In this document: in pieces, positions 1-12,391 of the stretch
Numbering within the stretch: position 1 is the first letter of the stretch
How the letters are laid out: each line of letters begins with the position of its first letter
The notes under the pieces: model-generated
The model's input: the letters and a program-made list of their open reading frames with translations, nothing else
What the model was told of the DNA's origin: nothing
Databases searched by the model: none
Made by a program: the position numbers and the translations under genes
From: Selaginella moellendorffii
Lineage: Eukaryota > Plantae > Lycopodiophyta
Length of the DNA stretch: 35,502 nt
Direction: 5' to 3'
Assembly (NCBI RefSeq): GCF_000143415.4
Contig: NW_003314396.1
Span: 361,640 to 397,141 of the forward strand

Positions 1-672
1 CTCCAGTGGTGCTTCCAAATTGACTTGAGGTTGAGATTGGGGCCAAGGGGCCTTGGGTGGGAGTGAGCATGGGCTTGGGTGGTGCCGGAGGGGCCACCCA
101 GGGAAATGCTCAAGAGCAGCTCCCACTCCCGAAAGGGAAACCAATTGCAGTGCTCCCGACTCATGTGGAGTGGTGCCCCACTTGAGTACCTTGTGGCTCA
201 TTAGTCCTCGCCCTTCCTAGGGGCTTAAGCCTTCCCTTCGGGATAGAAGTGGGGGGGTAAAGGTACCCATACCGAGTCATTAGGCCACGGTGTTTCGCTC
301 CGATGTCTCGAAGCAAGTGTTGCACCCAAGGCTTGGGATTTAGAGGGTCCCATGATCAAGTTTTGTTGTATCAAGGGGTGTTAGGAACCTAGAGGCTTGG
401 TGTGATTGGTTGCTTGTGCCTGCGGGGAGTGTAGCCGAACCTTAAGTCCAGTCTACCCCGGGGAGGGGGATTGGGAGGGATTTAGGAATCCATGGATGGA
501 AGGCTAACTCTCCGTTGCTCGTGCAGTGAGTAGCTGAAACTAAGTAGGACCAAGTAGGAGCTAGTACAATAAGCAAGAACCTTGGCGAGAAAACTTAGCA
601 CAAGCCAAGGTAGTGTTGGTCGAATAGACGAGGTAAGCTGGTAAATTGAAAAGGAAAAATTTGTGGCTTACA
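1..672. mobile_element. Probable terminal part of an LTR, truncated by the window edge
   Basis: GC-rich non-coding block ending abruptly in ...GGCTTACA (TGTAAGCC on the minus strand, a typical LTR terminus). The AT-rich repeat also seen at ~16940 starts right after it. No partner LTR lies in the window. Confidence 0.4.
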
Positions 673-793
673 CATAATTAGATCTAACACATTAATATGT
701 TTATATTAAGATTATTATATTTTGTATATGATTCTGTTTTAATGTTATATAATAACTTATCAATACATAACAATTATTTTCTTTTGTATTTAC

Positions 794-1026
794 TGTTATG
801 ATCCGACACAAAAAGACAGAGATCTAGTTGCTCTAGACTATGCTATGCCACCTCTTGAGGTTCCTCACCACCCAACCACCCCCGAGCTACCTCAAAAGCT
901 CCACTGCGCCGCCGCTCCACTGTGAGCCCTAGGGTAGGGTAGGTCCTTTACCCTAACATTTCTTAATATACCCTTGAGCCTCCCTTTGACCGATGTTGAC
1001 CACGTAGTCAAAGCTAGTGCCTAACA
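794..1026 (-). repeat. 3' LTR (233 bp)
   Basis: TGTTATGATCC...GCCTAACA. About 16 substitutions and 1 indel versus 4286-4519 by manual count (~7%), mostly transitions. Confidence 0.97.
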
Positions 1027-1039
1027 ATTCTTCTCCCCC
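1027..1039 (-). promoter_or_regulatory. Polypurine tract of the gypsy element
   Basis: GGGGGAGAAGAAT on the minus strand immediately before the 3' LTR. Confidence 0.9.
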
Positions 1040-1100
1040 AACAAAGTCCTTGTCCCAAGGACGAGTTGTACTGGTGATCACCCTTTCTGAGGAACCCTGC

Positions 1101-1481
1101 TCAAGCTCCTGGTCCATCTTCCACAGCCGTATACATCAAGGAGGCATTGGGCTCGTCACTCCGAAATAGTACACCTTTCAACTGGCTGACATAAAATACT
1201 GGATGAATTTTCACTCTTGCTGGCAACTGCACCCTATAAGCCGCTTTACCAATATGCTCCAGTACTTCATATGGACCAGCATATCGATAGGAAAGTTTAG
1301 CACTCTTCCCTATCTGTAAAGGCACCAAGGTATTCCGCCGCTCACTTGACGGAAAGACGAGATCATCCACCTTATATTCCCGGAATTGGCGATGCTCATT
1401 GGCAATCTTCTCCGCTCTATCCTGAGCTGCTTGCAAATTCCGTTTGCACACCACCAGAATCTCATCAAGTTCTGTGGCCAA
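1101..1481 (-). pseudogene. Integrase C-terminal GPY/F region fragment
   Basis: KLSYRYAGPYEVLEHIGKAAYRVQLP...HPVFYVSQLK is the gypsy GPY/F module. No DDE core and no recognisable chromodomain. Confidence 0.9.
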
Positions 1482-1551
1482 ATCAGTTGCCTCGGAATCA
1501 AGCTTATCTTGAACGTCCCTTGGAATAGCGTTGCTCCGGGGAATTTAAAGT

Positions 1552-3110
1552 TCAACTCTCATATGCAATAGGCTGTCCCTCTTGCATGAGAACGCCTCCC
1601 AGTGCATAACCACTCGCATTGCATGTCACCTCATAAGGTTTTGATGGATCAGCAATGCGAAGCACTAGAGTCTTGCTCAACAATCGTTTCAGCGCCACAA
1701 AACTATCCTCTTGTGGCTTCTTCCACTCGAATGGCACATTCTTGCGTAACAACCGCGTCAAAGGAATAGCCACCTCCGCAAACTTATGCTGGAAACGTCA
1801 GTAGTAACTAGCTATACCAAGAAAACTGCACAACTCGGCCACTGTAATTGGTGTAGGCCAGTTTTCTATCACAGCCACCTTCCTTGGATCTGTCTTGACA
1901 CCTTTAGATGTCACAATATGGCCTAGATATTCCACCTCCGGCTTTGCAAATTCACATTTGCTCTTCTTCGCATAAAGTTTGCTGTCTCGAAGTAACAAAA
2001 GAACCTTGCACAAATGCACCCTATGCTCCTCCATATTCTTGCTAAAAACAAGAATATCGTCCAAGAAAATCTCCACAAACTCATGAAGATAACGCCCAAA
2101 TACCTCCGTCATCAACCGAGTAAATGTGGCCGGTGCATTCGTCAAACCAAATAGCATAACTGTAAACTCAAAATGTCCGAAGCTTGTATTGAATGCCGTC
2201 TTGGAGATAGATGCATCATCCATTGCAATTTGATGATATCCACTCCTCAGATCAATCTTGGTAAACACTCGTGCTTCACCAAGCTTGTCTAGGATATCAT
2301 CCACATGTGGCATCGGCATCTTATCCTTCACTGTCTTTTTGTTCAAAGCGCGGTAGTCAATACACATTCGCATTGAACCATCCTTCTTCTTCACAAGCAA
2401 GACCGGAGCACCAAATGGAGACTTACTTCGCTGAATAAATCCAAACTCAAGTAATTCTTTGACTTGTCGTTGAACTTCTTGCTCCTCTGCATAACTTAAC
2501 CAAAATGGACGCCGGTAAATTGGTCGCATCCCCAGCTCCAATGTAATCCCATGCTCCACACCTCGTAACGGAGGCAATCTATGAGGAAGTTCAGATGGAA
2601 AAACATTAGAAAACTCGTCTAGTACATCCTGTACTATTGCTTCTCCCCCACACGTGCCTTGGTCCCCCAAATCACAAACAAACAGCAAGTAACTCGAAAG
2701 TGCTTTTCCATTACGACAAGCCCACTTCAAAGATGTAGCAGAGAGCATAACAACTGGTGGTTGAACGCCCTGTTGCGGAGCATGGTCTGGTCACATGCAG
2801 TGTTCTTCCATACACAGTGGAAGGTGCAGCTACCTCTACTCAACATTTCGATGCTTGTGTCGAAGGGCTGGAAGTGTTGGTTGGCAAAACCACACTTGTG
2901 GAGACTTTTTATCTCGCGGATATCCATCGTGTGGATCTCATTCTCGGATGCCATGGTTGGTGAAGATGGATCTAGAGATAAAGTGGAGTATTAAGCATAT
3001 CTTGCTGGAGTATGGTGGCGTTAAAGATGTGTGGTTTGGCATTGTCATCGCTCCCACTATCCAGTAAAATCCGCACTGGATTGCCACGGAACACGCCCTC
3101 TAGCATTAAA
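1552..3110 (-). pseudogene. pol: pol fragment: aspartic protease, reverse transcriptase and start of RNase H
   Basis: ILLDSGS (protease); PFGAPVLLVKKKDGSMRMCIDYRALN, KIDLRSGYHQI and IFLDDILVFS (RT); VTCNASGYALGGVLMQEGQPIAYES (RNase H N-terminus). Split over several ORFs. Confidence 0.95.
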
Positions 3111-3199
3111 GCTGATTCACGCGTATCCTCGAGCTCCATCTTGTTCCACACACAGTTGAGCTGACGAGCAATGATCGAAAGTTGCTTCCTCCGACTAGA

Positions 3200-4261
3200 A
3201 TGATCGTTCTCCTCATCCTCACGCTGCAAAGTTTATAAATTTTTAGTATCTGACTTCCCGTGAGAAGAAGATTGGCCATTCTTCTTGTCCTGTTACTTGT
3301 TCTCCAACTGTGGACAGTCAGCCTTGTAGTGTCCAAGTGCACTGCAATGATGACAACTCTGTTTATAATTCTTCACAAAGAACTTCTACTTCTTGGACCC
3401 CTTTGCATCCGAAGTAGTCACCACCAACTTCAGCTTGTGATGCTTGTTCCCATCTTTGTGTCCACGGCGATCATCACGATGATTCTCGACAGAAGGACGC
3501 CGCAAACGCTTGTGAGACTTGTGCTTGTTATTGTCAAGTCGATGAGCCACATCAAAGAGCTCCTCCAAACTCTTTGTAGGCTGAGAATGACGCAAGTGTT
3601 GCTGCATACTCTCACTATGTAGGCCATCAATGAAATAGGATTTGTTCTAATCTGGATCCTTCGTTGGAACATGACTAATCAAGTGAGTAAGCTTCTCAAT
3701 ATAGTCCCCAAGCGTCATTTCCCCTTGCTGGAAATGTCGAAGTTCTGTATGAGCATTCTCCACATCATAATGAGGGGCAAAACATAAACAGAAAGCAGCC
3801 TCAAACTCATCCATGGTAGATACTGGTGGTTTCTTATCTGCAACACAAGACTCCTCAAGCCAATTCCACCATCGAAGACCCGCATCACGCAAAACCATTG
3901 GAATAGCCACTAAAGCCTTTGCATTTGGAGTTCCTCTAGCAGCCAAAAACTTCTTCACATTGGCTAGCCAAGCGAGACACTCATCCACACCACCATCACC
4001 GGAAAAAGTTGGAATCTTAAGTGGATCTACCAAAGAAGGTTTACTTGGAGTGCTACCCTGTCCAGCCTCGAGTGCCTCAACATGCCCACGCATGGTATCC
4101 ATCATGCCATGCATCTCGTTTTGCATCTCTAGCTGATTTTGATTAAGGGCTCGCAGCTCATGAACCACATCTTGAATGGTCCAAATCTCCGCAGCTTCAT
4201 CAGCACCATCGTCGGCACCACCATCGACAATAGGATTCCAGCGTTCAGCTTGGTCGGCCAT
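3200..4261 (-). pseudogene. gag: gag, frameshifted, with CCHC zinc knuckle
   Basis: ATG at 4261 just after the PBS; KIPTFSG...LRDAGLRWW...FQQGEMTLGDYIEKL retrotrans-gag motifs; CHHCSALGHYKADC knuckle read on the minus strand at ~3312-3355. Confidence 0.9.
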
Positions 4262-4273
4262 CGCAACCAACTC

Positions 4274-4284
4274 CTTTGATACCA
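4274..4284 (-). promoter_or_regulatory. Primer binding site (initiator tRNA-Met)
   Basis: TGGTATCAAAG one base after the 5' LTR on the minus strand. Confidence 0.9.
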
Positions 4285-4285
4285 A

Positions 4286-4519
4286 TGTTATGATCCGGCG
4301 CAAAAAGACAGAGATCTAGTCGCCCTAGATTATGCTACGCCACCTCTTGAGGTTCCTCACCACCCAACCACCCCCGAAGCTACCTCAAAAGCTCCACTGC
4401 GCCGCCACTCCACTGTGAGCCCTAGGGTAGGTTAAGTCCCCTACCCTAACATGTCTTAATATACCCTTGAGCCTCCCTTTGACCGACGTTGACCACATAG
4501 TCAAAGCTGGCGCCTAACA
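4286..4519 (-). repeat. 5' LTR (234 bp)
   Basis: Direct repeat of 794-1026 with TG...CA ends. Confidence 0.97.
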
Positions 4520-4780
4520 TTTACATTGTTGTATCAAGCTTATCAATTTTTAATAAAGTTTTATTATTGCATTTTATCCTCTCTCCTTCTGCATTGTCTT
4601 GTATTATAAATTAGAATGTTGAAACTTAAATTTTAAATAATATAAAATAATCATAAAATTAGATCTAGCATATTACAATAATCATGTATTTTATATATGT
4701 TCTTGACATACAATTTTATACCATTATTAACATATAATACAATATATAAAAGCTTTTTTTAAAAGGAAAACTATAAAACA
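4520..4780. repeat. AT-rich dispersed repeat that hosts the gypsy insertion
   Basis: CATTGTTGTATCAAG...TTAGATCTA..ATATTACAATA...AACATATAATACAA also occurs at ~18150-18410. The left flank 676-730 matches ~16940-16995. Confidence 0.7.
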
Positions 4781-6339
4781 ACACCTGTAGAAACATGGGA
4801 CCTATTAGAATCAGGGATATAATAACCCATCCTAAAAGGTAGTTTCCTCCTAAACGTTTTTGAATATAAAATTGAAATTGAAATGGTTCAAAAGATTCAA
4901 ATTACATAAGAAAACATTTTGAATCTGTATATATCTCACATGAAAATATGCTCTCATTGTTGTAACATAGAAAACTTACATATAGCTTGTAATCAACAGT
5001 TTCTGAATAATAAATATTTGACATAGCTGATTCTTGAGTTATGCTGATGCTCTGAGTATTGATTGATTGGTTCTTATAGTTATATCAACTTTCTGATGAT
5101 GGAGTATAGTGTGCTCAACTGATACACTATTACTTTTTATTTTAATTTAATAGCTATATCTATATATTTTATATTAATTATTTGTAGTGTTTTTATACAA
5201 GGGTCATGGTGTCTTCAAGGTGTCTTCAAGGTACCTTAGATTATTAACATCAACCAACATTTGTGCTTGCTTCAGCCACCAAAAGAATGCAGTTTTGAAT
5301 GTCTAAAAGAAGTTCTAGTGGGATAATCACAGTATCCTTTCATTCATGTCCACTATCTATAATTGCATGGGGAGCTCAACTTCTTATAGTCCATATTGTG
5401 TTATATCATTTATCTTCAAAATACACCATGATGATCTTGAGGCAGTTGATAGCCTATAATGTGGCAAAGTATAACTGTCTCATCTTCCTCTGTTTTGAAT
5501 TTAAATCTCTAGCCATACATTTATCTATAATTATATTTATATATGTAATAATGAATTATAAAATATCATTTAAATTTACAAGTTTTATTCACTACAAAAT
5601 CTATAATAGCATATGAATTCAAAGCTCATATAATAATAATGATACATACTTTATCCAATGGCAACATTTCGAAATGCCAGTTCCCATTCACGTCCATATT
5701 TGTCTTTATATAAATGTTGAGCAAAATTATGTTCAATACCTTGAGATCAAATTATCATCACATGTGAGTCTTTAATTGTCTGTGTTGAAATTTAAAAATG
5801 TTTAAAGTCATAATAATCTTTGAAAACACTCAACACAACCTAAATATTAAGTTAGCTTAATTGCTATATAGCCAAATATATCAATTAAGTTGCTTGGAAA
5901 TGAATGGAATGAAATTACTTGCATAGAAAGATATGTGATTTTCAAGCTCATGAGATTTATGCAGCATAAAAATCAAGCATCAATCTAGCCAAGGAGCACT
6001 ATAGTTTTATGTTTGCAAGTTATAGCTTTCTTGCCAGGTCTGGAGCTTTGTTGCAAGATTTACAGTGACTTTGGTTTTGGTAAAGACGTGAAGCATGTTT
6101 TAGCTGTTTTGGCAAAGCTTTGGCAAAAACATGATTAAATTGTAGCAAGTCCCAACAGATTTGACTATTTATTTGAATTTTGAGTTGTTTCATAAGATTC
6201 CCGAAAAGCACCAAAAGATCATGGAATATTATTGAAATAAAAAAACTTACTTTCCTAGCCAAACTCTAAGAATTTGTAAAACCGTCACCATCAAACAAGT
6301 AGCGAATCACAATTTTTCCACAGTGGAATCTGGAAGAGA

Positions 6340-6450
6340 AAGCATTGGCTGTTAGGATCCTATCCCTTACACCCTAAGCCAACTGGCTAAAGGGGTGATC
6401 ACTTGATTGTAGGGCCCTTTCCTTATCCTATTATCCTGACCTGATGCCTA
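6340..6450. repeat. 111-bp tandem duplication of flank plus TRIM LTR
   Basis: AAGCATTGGC+TGTTAGGATCC... occurs at 6340 and again at 6451. The first LTR copy lacks the terminal CA. Confidence 0.9.
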
Positions 6451-6460
6451 AAGCATTGGC

Positions 6461-6854
6461 TGTTAGGATCCTATCCCTTACACCCTAAGCCAACTGGCTA
6501 AAGGGGTGATCACTTGATTGTAGGGCCCTTTCCTTATCCTATTATCCTGACCTGGTGCTTAACAATCCTCCCCCTCGTCAAGGAATGATCGTCCGCGATC
6601 ATACTTAAGCCACCATCTGGTCACCATGGTCCTTCTCTTAGGGTCTACCAAACCTTGGTTCTCCCTCTAGATCCACCATGTTGAATATTCCTTCAGAATA
6701 TTCCTGCCCCACTCGTCAGCCACGAGAATCGAACTGGGCTCTGATACCAATGTTAGGATCCTATCCCTTACACCCTAAGCCAACTGGCTAAAGGGGTGAT
6801 CACTTGATTGTAGGGCCCTTTCCTTATCCTATTATCCTGACCTGGTGCCTAACA
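6461..6854 (-). mobile_element. TRIM (terminal-repeat retrotransposon in miniature), 394 bp
   Basis: 104-bp TG...CA LTRs at 6461-6564 and 6751-6854 (1 difference seen); PBS TGGTATCAGAGC at 6738-6749; PPT GAGGGGGAGGAT at 6565-6576; 186-bp non-coding interior. Confidence 0.93.
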
Positions 6855-7995
6855 ATAGCGATGGTAAGATTTCCTTACCCAAGCTCCAGTTGCCCCGGCA
6901 TTCTCAAAGCACTTGCAAGAGATGTTGCAAGCCTCAAGCTGCCCTGCTTCACACTCTCAAGTTGGGACATGACCACCTATCGATGTTGGACTCGTTTGTG
7001 GGGTTTGACAAGTGAAAGTAACGAGCAAGCACTTCACCAGTTTATACCCCTCTTTGTGGCAGGCCTGTAGCTTTTGCGTTATAGAAGTGTAAAGTAAGGA
7101 CCATGTATTAGCACCCACTCTGCAAAAGAGAGTCAATTAGGAAGGATTCTAGCAGTGTATCACCTTTTCACGTCTGTGTTCACAAGGCAGCTGTCAAAGT
7201 CAAAAGCTGCAACCTAGTTTGACAACGTTCCACTATTATCTAGGTGCAAATCGAGTAAAAGTACCGTGATCCTGTGCATTATCGTAAGAGAAAGCTTACA
7301 TTGTTCACGAGTAAAATGACTCCCAACGGGCAGAGATACATCCTATGCGTCTTGAAAGATGAATACAATCAAAAGCATGCAAAACGCAAACCTTGTAGCA
7401 TGTAGGGAGCTGAGATGGTTCAAAGCCGGACAGCTTCACATGCCAAAGCTGTCGAGTTTCCCTCGGCACGACATCTTTCCCCTCAGAGACAAATCTTTTT
7501 ACAGCTCACTTCTCCCTGTAGCATATCCTTCATAATAGTTTGATCCGAAGCCTGTACAAATCAGAAAGCTCTCTTATCTCATCTCATTCTGCAAAAAAAA
7601 GAAAAGTACTTTCAATGCAGCGAAGCCTTTGGCCTTGAGAACGCCCACGACAGGAGCTTGGATCTCCAAAACGCATTTGGAGTGATGCCTTCCGCAAGAA
7701 GAAGAAAAGAAAGAAATTGCTAGAAAAGAATGGAAAATCTTTACCATTTGATCATGTCAATTCCGGTGCCCTTGCTCACAATTCCGATCACCCTTGGCAA
7801 GTTTGAGCTTGCAATGCTTGCATGGCAACCTACAGGATTTCACATACGCAACGACGAAGCCCACCATCCAAGCATTAATTTACATTATAGGCTATTTATA
7901 AAGGTCATGAGGGCCTACACAGGGCATCCTATCTGTCATTTGTGTAGGAGTGTCTTCACTTGAGCAGGTTGAATGTCCGGTTGAGTTTCTATTAC

Positions 7996-8880
7996 CTCTA
8001 TCGAGAGTCTTCTTGCTTCATGGTCCTTTGGACGTTTTGAGTGCTTTCTCTGAGCCTATGTTGGTAATCAGTTACAGATTGAGAAAGCTCCACATTTCTC
8101 TTGAGTATTGAGCTCCTTTGTAATCGCTGTAATTTGCAATTCTATGACAGCAATGCACGAATATCACTGACCTTCAGACTCTTGCATCATCATCACCAGC
8201 TTTTCCTTTGCAAATGTTGCATCTGCCTCATCTCGAGCGCATTCAACACGAGCTGAAGTAAGACTATGCCTGTGGAAAAAAAATGAGAATGACAATAGTC
8301 ACCTTCAACTGTTTTCATCTGCTCCAGAGCAACATTGAGCTGCCTACGACATTCATCTTAGAAGAGAAGGAGAGCTCATAAATTAACAAACCATTTGAAA
8401 GAAAACATCAAATTACATGTGATGTTTCCATTAGGCTCCTTACATCTCGTCCATCACCATCTAAAAATAAGGAACGAGAAATGAAAGAAGAAAAGCTACA
8501 GAAAAGAAAATGAACATAAAGAACTTGCTCCAGGTGCTACTATGAATGTAGAACGAATTCCTCACTCCTCTTCATAGTCTTTTATAACCTGGATACAAAA
8601 TATGTATAGACCTCTCGAGACAAGAAAGAAACTTACAGTTCCCTGAAGCGATTCAATAATTTGAGCCTGCTCCTCAGCCCTTTTCAGCACCATGGCTAGA
8701 TGCTTCGCCTTCTACCTTTTAGGCGAAACTTTAATTCTTCCTAAAACAAAACCATCAAGGCACATTCTGAGCTCTAGTCATTGACTCTCAGTCTTGCTCC
8801 TTTTCATTTTGTTTCTGCCAGAACATGTGCAAGGGCACGAAGCTTGGTGTTGAGCCATGGATATCCTTGAACGTCAACTG
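7996..8880 (-). pseudogene. NUA: Captured multi-exon fragment of nuclear pore anchor (TPR/Mlp family)
   Basis: Minus-strand exons read LTFKDIHG..KLRALAHVL, AMVLKRAEEQAQIIESLQGT, ARDEADATFAKEKLVMMMQESE and RNVELSQSVTDYQHRLRES...ARRLSIE. They match my recollection of consecutive plant NUA coiled-coil segments. GT-AG introns, with frameshifts. Confidence 0.75.
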
Positions 8881-9201
8881 TAGGTAAGAGTATCGTACAA
8901 TGCAATAAATTAGACTAAAATAAATGAAACTTTTGTCCATAAAATTAAAGTGTCACTACACCAGATATTCTGGCAATGGCTGCAGAAACATCATAATATC
9001 TAGGGGGAAGAAAATAGAAGAAATACAATATGGGGTTTCTCAAATTCTCGTTCACAGCTAATCTATAAATTGCAAGATCTCAACACCTGCAGGGAAGGGA
9101 AAAAATCGAGAGGACAGAGAGAGATGTCAATACTTTATGGATCCATGTGGTCGACTGGTTCCATAGAAACATTGCTCTGCAATGTGAAGACCTCATCAAA
9201 A

Positions 9202-9238
<37 letters not shown>
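9202..9238. repeat. (CA)n microsatellite
   Basis: Seen directly. Confidence 0.9.
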
Positions 9239-10769
9239 GAGAGAATGTTTTCAATATGAAAAAATGTAATCATACATACTTTGGGTTAGAACAACACATT
9301 TTTAAAAAATAAAATAATAGAACAATGACTTGTGATGATGTTCCCTGTAATGAGAGTTGGTGGCATCTTATGTAGCCTTTTCTTTGGTCTTAAAAAAAGA
9401 AGAGAGAGCCAAGTCTAAAGGAGTGTAATTCAATAGTCATTTACAGCTTTTAATGCAGTAAGTTTTTCACAGAAAATTTACAGGTGCAAAATGCAGCTTC
9501 TAAGAACTTGCATCCACTCTAGCCATGTAGAAGAGGGGAAGAAGTTATTGGCAAAGATCCTGGGATTATCCTTTTCCAAGGTTGGTAGTTGACAATTTGT
9601 CAAAAAAGAATGGGAAGAATCTCTCTTTGCATCCTCCTCACCACCAGTAAGTCTTTTAGCAATTCAATGAGCTCTTCATAAGTCTTTCCAACTAAGTTGA
9701 TTAAGAATACCTTCAAAACCAAAAGAAAGAGTATAAATCTGTAATAATAAAGGTTCAATTACCAGATTCTGGCAACCAGCTCTGTACTCTCAAGAATCTA
9801 GAAAAAAAATCTTCAACTTACTTCTGTTGTCACTACTCCCGGAAAGGGTCATAGTCTAAACTCCAATCACGAATCCAAGAAGTTCTTTGATGCAACTTGT
9901 CTGATCAGAAAACATTAGAAAAGGATTGTTATGGTCCAAGTGTTGTCAAAGTTGGGTGGCTCAGAAAGGTTGCAGAAGTCACTTAGTTCTGGAGGTAAAT
10001 CCTCTTGTTATATGGCACCACAAACACAATGGTCATCTGGGTGCTTGTCTTACTCTTTGCATTTTTTTCAACAATGCTTCAAGGTACAACTGGAGAACTT
10101 TGCTAGAGACGCCCATCTTATACATATTATATGTTATGTATATCTGTTTATTCTTTTAAAGGCATTTCGTTCGCTCTCACTCATCACGTACTACTGATGA
10201 TGGAAGTGAGGCGTGGGAGGCCACTATGAAGAGGAATTTCCAAGACATGTGTTATACTCACCTTCCCCAAGTTGCTCGAGTAGCTGATGTTTCACATATA
10301 TCTTAGTATTATATACAATAAACCTCACAACTTGAGTCACATGTAAGTTCATTGGCTACCTCATTGTCAATGCCACTTTGTTTCAGTGCCAGGCCTGCAA
10401 AAAATGGTGAAAGAAATCTATCCAAGAGCTTTTAACTCACGATCAAATCTTGACAGCAATCCAGGTGGCTTGAAGTACTTGTTTGTTGCGATCACAACTT
10501 TCTCAAGCAAAGAATTTGAATTATCTGAGAAGAATCTGAGCAGTCATTTGGCTTGATGGGCCAACACATGTGCAGTTGAAATAACAGAAACAAATGTGAT
10601 GAATTTAACTATGTGCCTTGTAGATCTCTCTAGAGCAAGGCCAGGGCCTATTCTCTGTGTTGTATTTATCCTGAAATCTTGACACAAGAACAAAGTCAGA
10701 TTCCAAAAACTTTTACCAAGTTTGACATGGCAGCATTGCTTTCTACACGCCTGGGAGTGACCCGTCCTT

Positions 10770-10972
10770 CTCCAAGCCACACATCCACCAGACTCCCACA
10801 CAACCTGAGCACCGTGGAGAGGGTTATGGCAAAACCATCACAAACAAACAGCTCCAGAACCACCTTATTGCCAATCCCAGCATCAGTGACATCTACGGCA
10901 CAGCGCTCTGGCAAGCCATCTTGTCAAAGCTGGTTGAGAATCCACCAGGCTTCCACATTTCATGTACATGTC
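10770..10972 (-). pseudogene. PLS-class PPR protein fragment
   Basis: DMYMKCGSLVDS, then frameshifted FDKM, and AITLSTVLRLCGSLVD are typical PLS-PPR motifs. Confidence 0.65.
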
Positions 10973-11230
10973 CTGTTTATCAATTTTTCTTATACTATTT
11001 ACCGCACTAGAATCAATTGTGACTTTTTGGAAATTGTCTTTACGAATGTCAACAGTGAGAATGAACACTACATTAGTGAAATCAATGCCATGAACCACTA
11101 AAATAGTGACTCATCTCTTAAATCTGCTGTGTAACTGTGAAAACAAACTAAAGAAACTACCTGATGCAAACACAGAGTGCAGCTTGTTTTGTATCAGCTT
11201 AAGATCTTATTCCTCCTCATACGATTCTAC

Positions 11231-12023
11231 TCACGGGTCTGCTGCTCGCTGTTCCAAGAACATCCTCTTGTTAAATCCATCAAACTCACAGTTTCTACCT
11301 GTGAGTAGAATTGTCCCATCCATAACTCGGCTGACGAGTTAGTCTGCCACTCTCCTCATAGCAATGGATGCCATTTCTCCCACTCCTGCCTGATCTACAC
11401 TGACCATCAAGGGCTGGAAGACTATCTCTGGCATTATTATCTGTGGTCCTGGTGGTGGCACTGAAGTATATGAAAGATCAATTTCCTGGAAGTAAAGCAG
11501 TTAGGAAGGAAAAACAAAAGTAGTGATGACAGTGATATACCTTGAGTCTCGAGGTTAAACGACTCAGTTTTGCTTCATCTTCGTCTACATCTTCTTCTAC
11601 TTCTTCTTGTACTCTCTGTCCATTTGCTTGTACACATGCCAATCCTCATCATTCATGCCAAAAGTATCTTCGTCCAAAGGTTGGTTGCATTAAGAGTTTC
11701 ATTTGTTCTCTCTACACAGCAGTCAGCCTTTCACTTTTGACTGCCAGTCTGCAATTACAGTACCATGGCTGTTGGTTGTGCAAACCTTCTGCTGTTTTCT
11801 TTGGTCTACCTTGGTTGAAACTTTACAATGCCTGGCCTTCAGCTCCTCCAGATACTTCTCTAGGTTTTCCCTATGACGAAAAAGAGATGTAAATATTTAG
11901 AAAGAAAAAGATGTAAAAGATGTACAAGCGATGCTCTTCTTCCATTTGTTGCTTGCGCTCTCTCTGCAAGGACTCTTCTTAACATCTTTGCCTTGCTCTA
12001 ATGTGTCCCTCAACTGCACGATC
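11231..12023 (-). pseudogene. ARP5: Captured multi-exon C-terminal fragment of actin-related protein 5
   Basis: EGHIRARQR, ENLEKYLEELK, EDTFGMNDEDWHVYKQM, DEDEAKLSRLTSRLK|EID and PEIVFQPLMVSVDQAGVGEMA...ILLTG are ARP5-specific motifs. Internal stops and frameshifts; short GT-AG introns. Confidence 0.85.
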
Positions 12024-12059
12024 CTGATTTTTCCAGTGGTGCTATTGTTTTCAAAAATC

Positions 12060-12283
12060 TGTTATCCAGAGAGAGAGAGAGAGAGAGTACCTTCCCACTA
12101 CCAACGCTCTCTTCTCGTGCATCACTTTCCTCCCTGTCCTCAAAGGCATTTGAATTTTTTATGATCCCAAAGTCATGACTCTCCATTATTTAATCTCAAC
12201 CGTTCGATTTTGGCATATGCCCAGAATAAGCGTCCCCAGTATATGCTATTATTATACTGGCTCTTTCGTTAAATATATGAGTA
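12060..12283 (-). mobile_element. Helitron-like 5' terminal region, type A
   Basis: ~220 bp homologous to 27751-27973, including a (GA)n tract. Begins TACTCATATATTTAA on the minus strand, directly after a CTAG 3' end. Confidence 0.7.
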
Positions 12284-12309
12284 CTAGCTGGGATCCCAGC
12301 TCCACTGGG
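12284..12309 (-). mobile_element. Helitron 3' terminus (hairpin + CTAG)
   Basis: Minus strand CCCAG-TGGAG-CTGGG, 7-nt spacer, CTAG|T. Confidence 0.8.
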
Positions 12310-12391
12310 GGAGATAGTACACCAAAGAATAATAGATTATTTAACTTACATTGTTTTATTACATTCATTAAAAAAAACTTATCACCTATTT

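Larger units (their letters stand above)
794..4519 (-). mobile_element. Ty3/gypsy (chromovirus-like) LTR retrotransposon with both LTRs, internally deleted and non-autonomous
   Basis: TG...CA LTRs at 794-1026 and 4286-4519; 5-bp TSD TTTAC at 789-793 and 4520-4524; PBS and PPT present; gag-PR-RT-RH-IN order on the minus strand with frameshifts and stops. Confidence 0.97.

Noticed and set aside
2659-4136. Plus-strand ORFs of 90-120 aa over gag-pol
   Set aside because: Antisense shadows of retrotransposon coding sequence.
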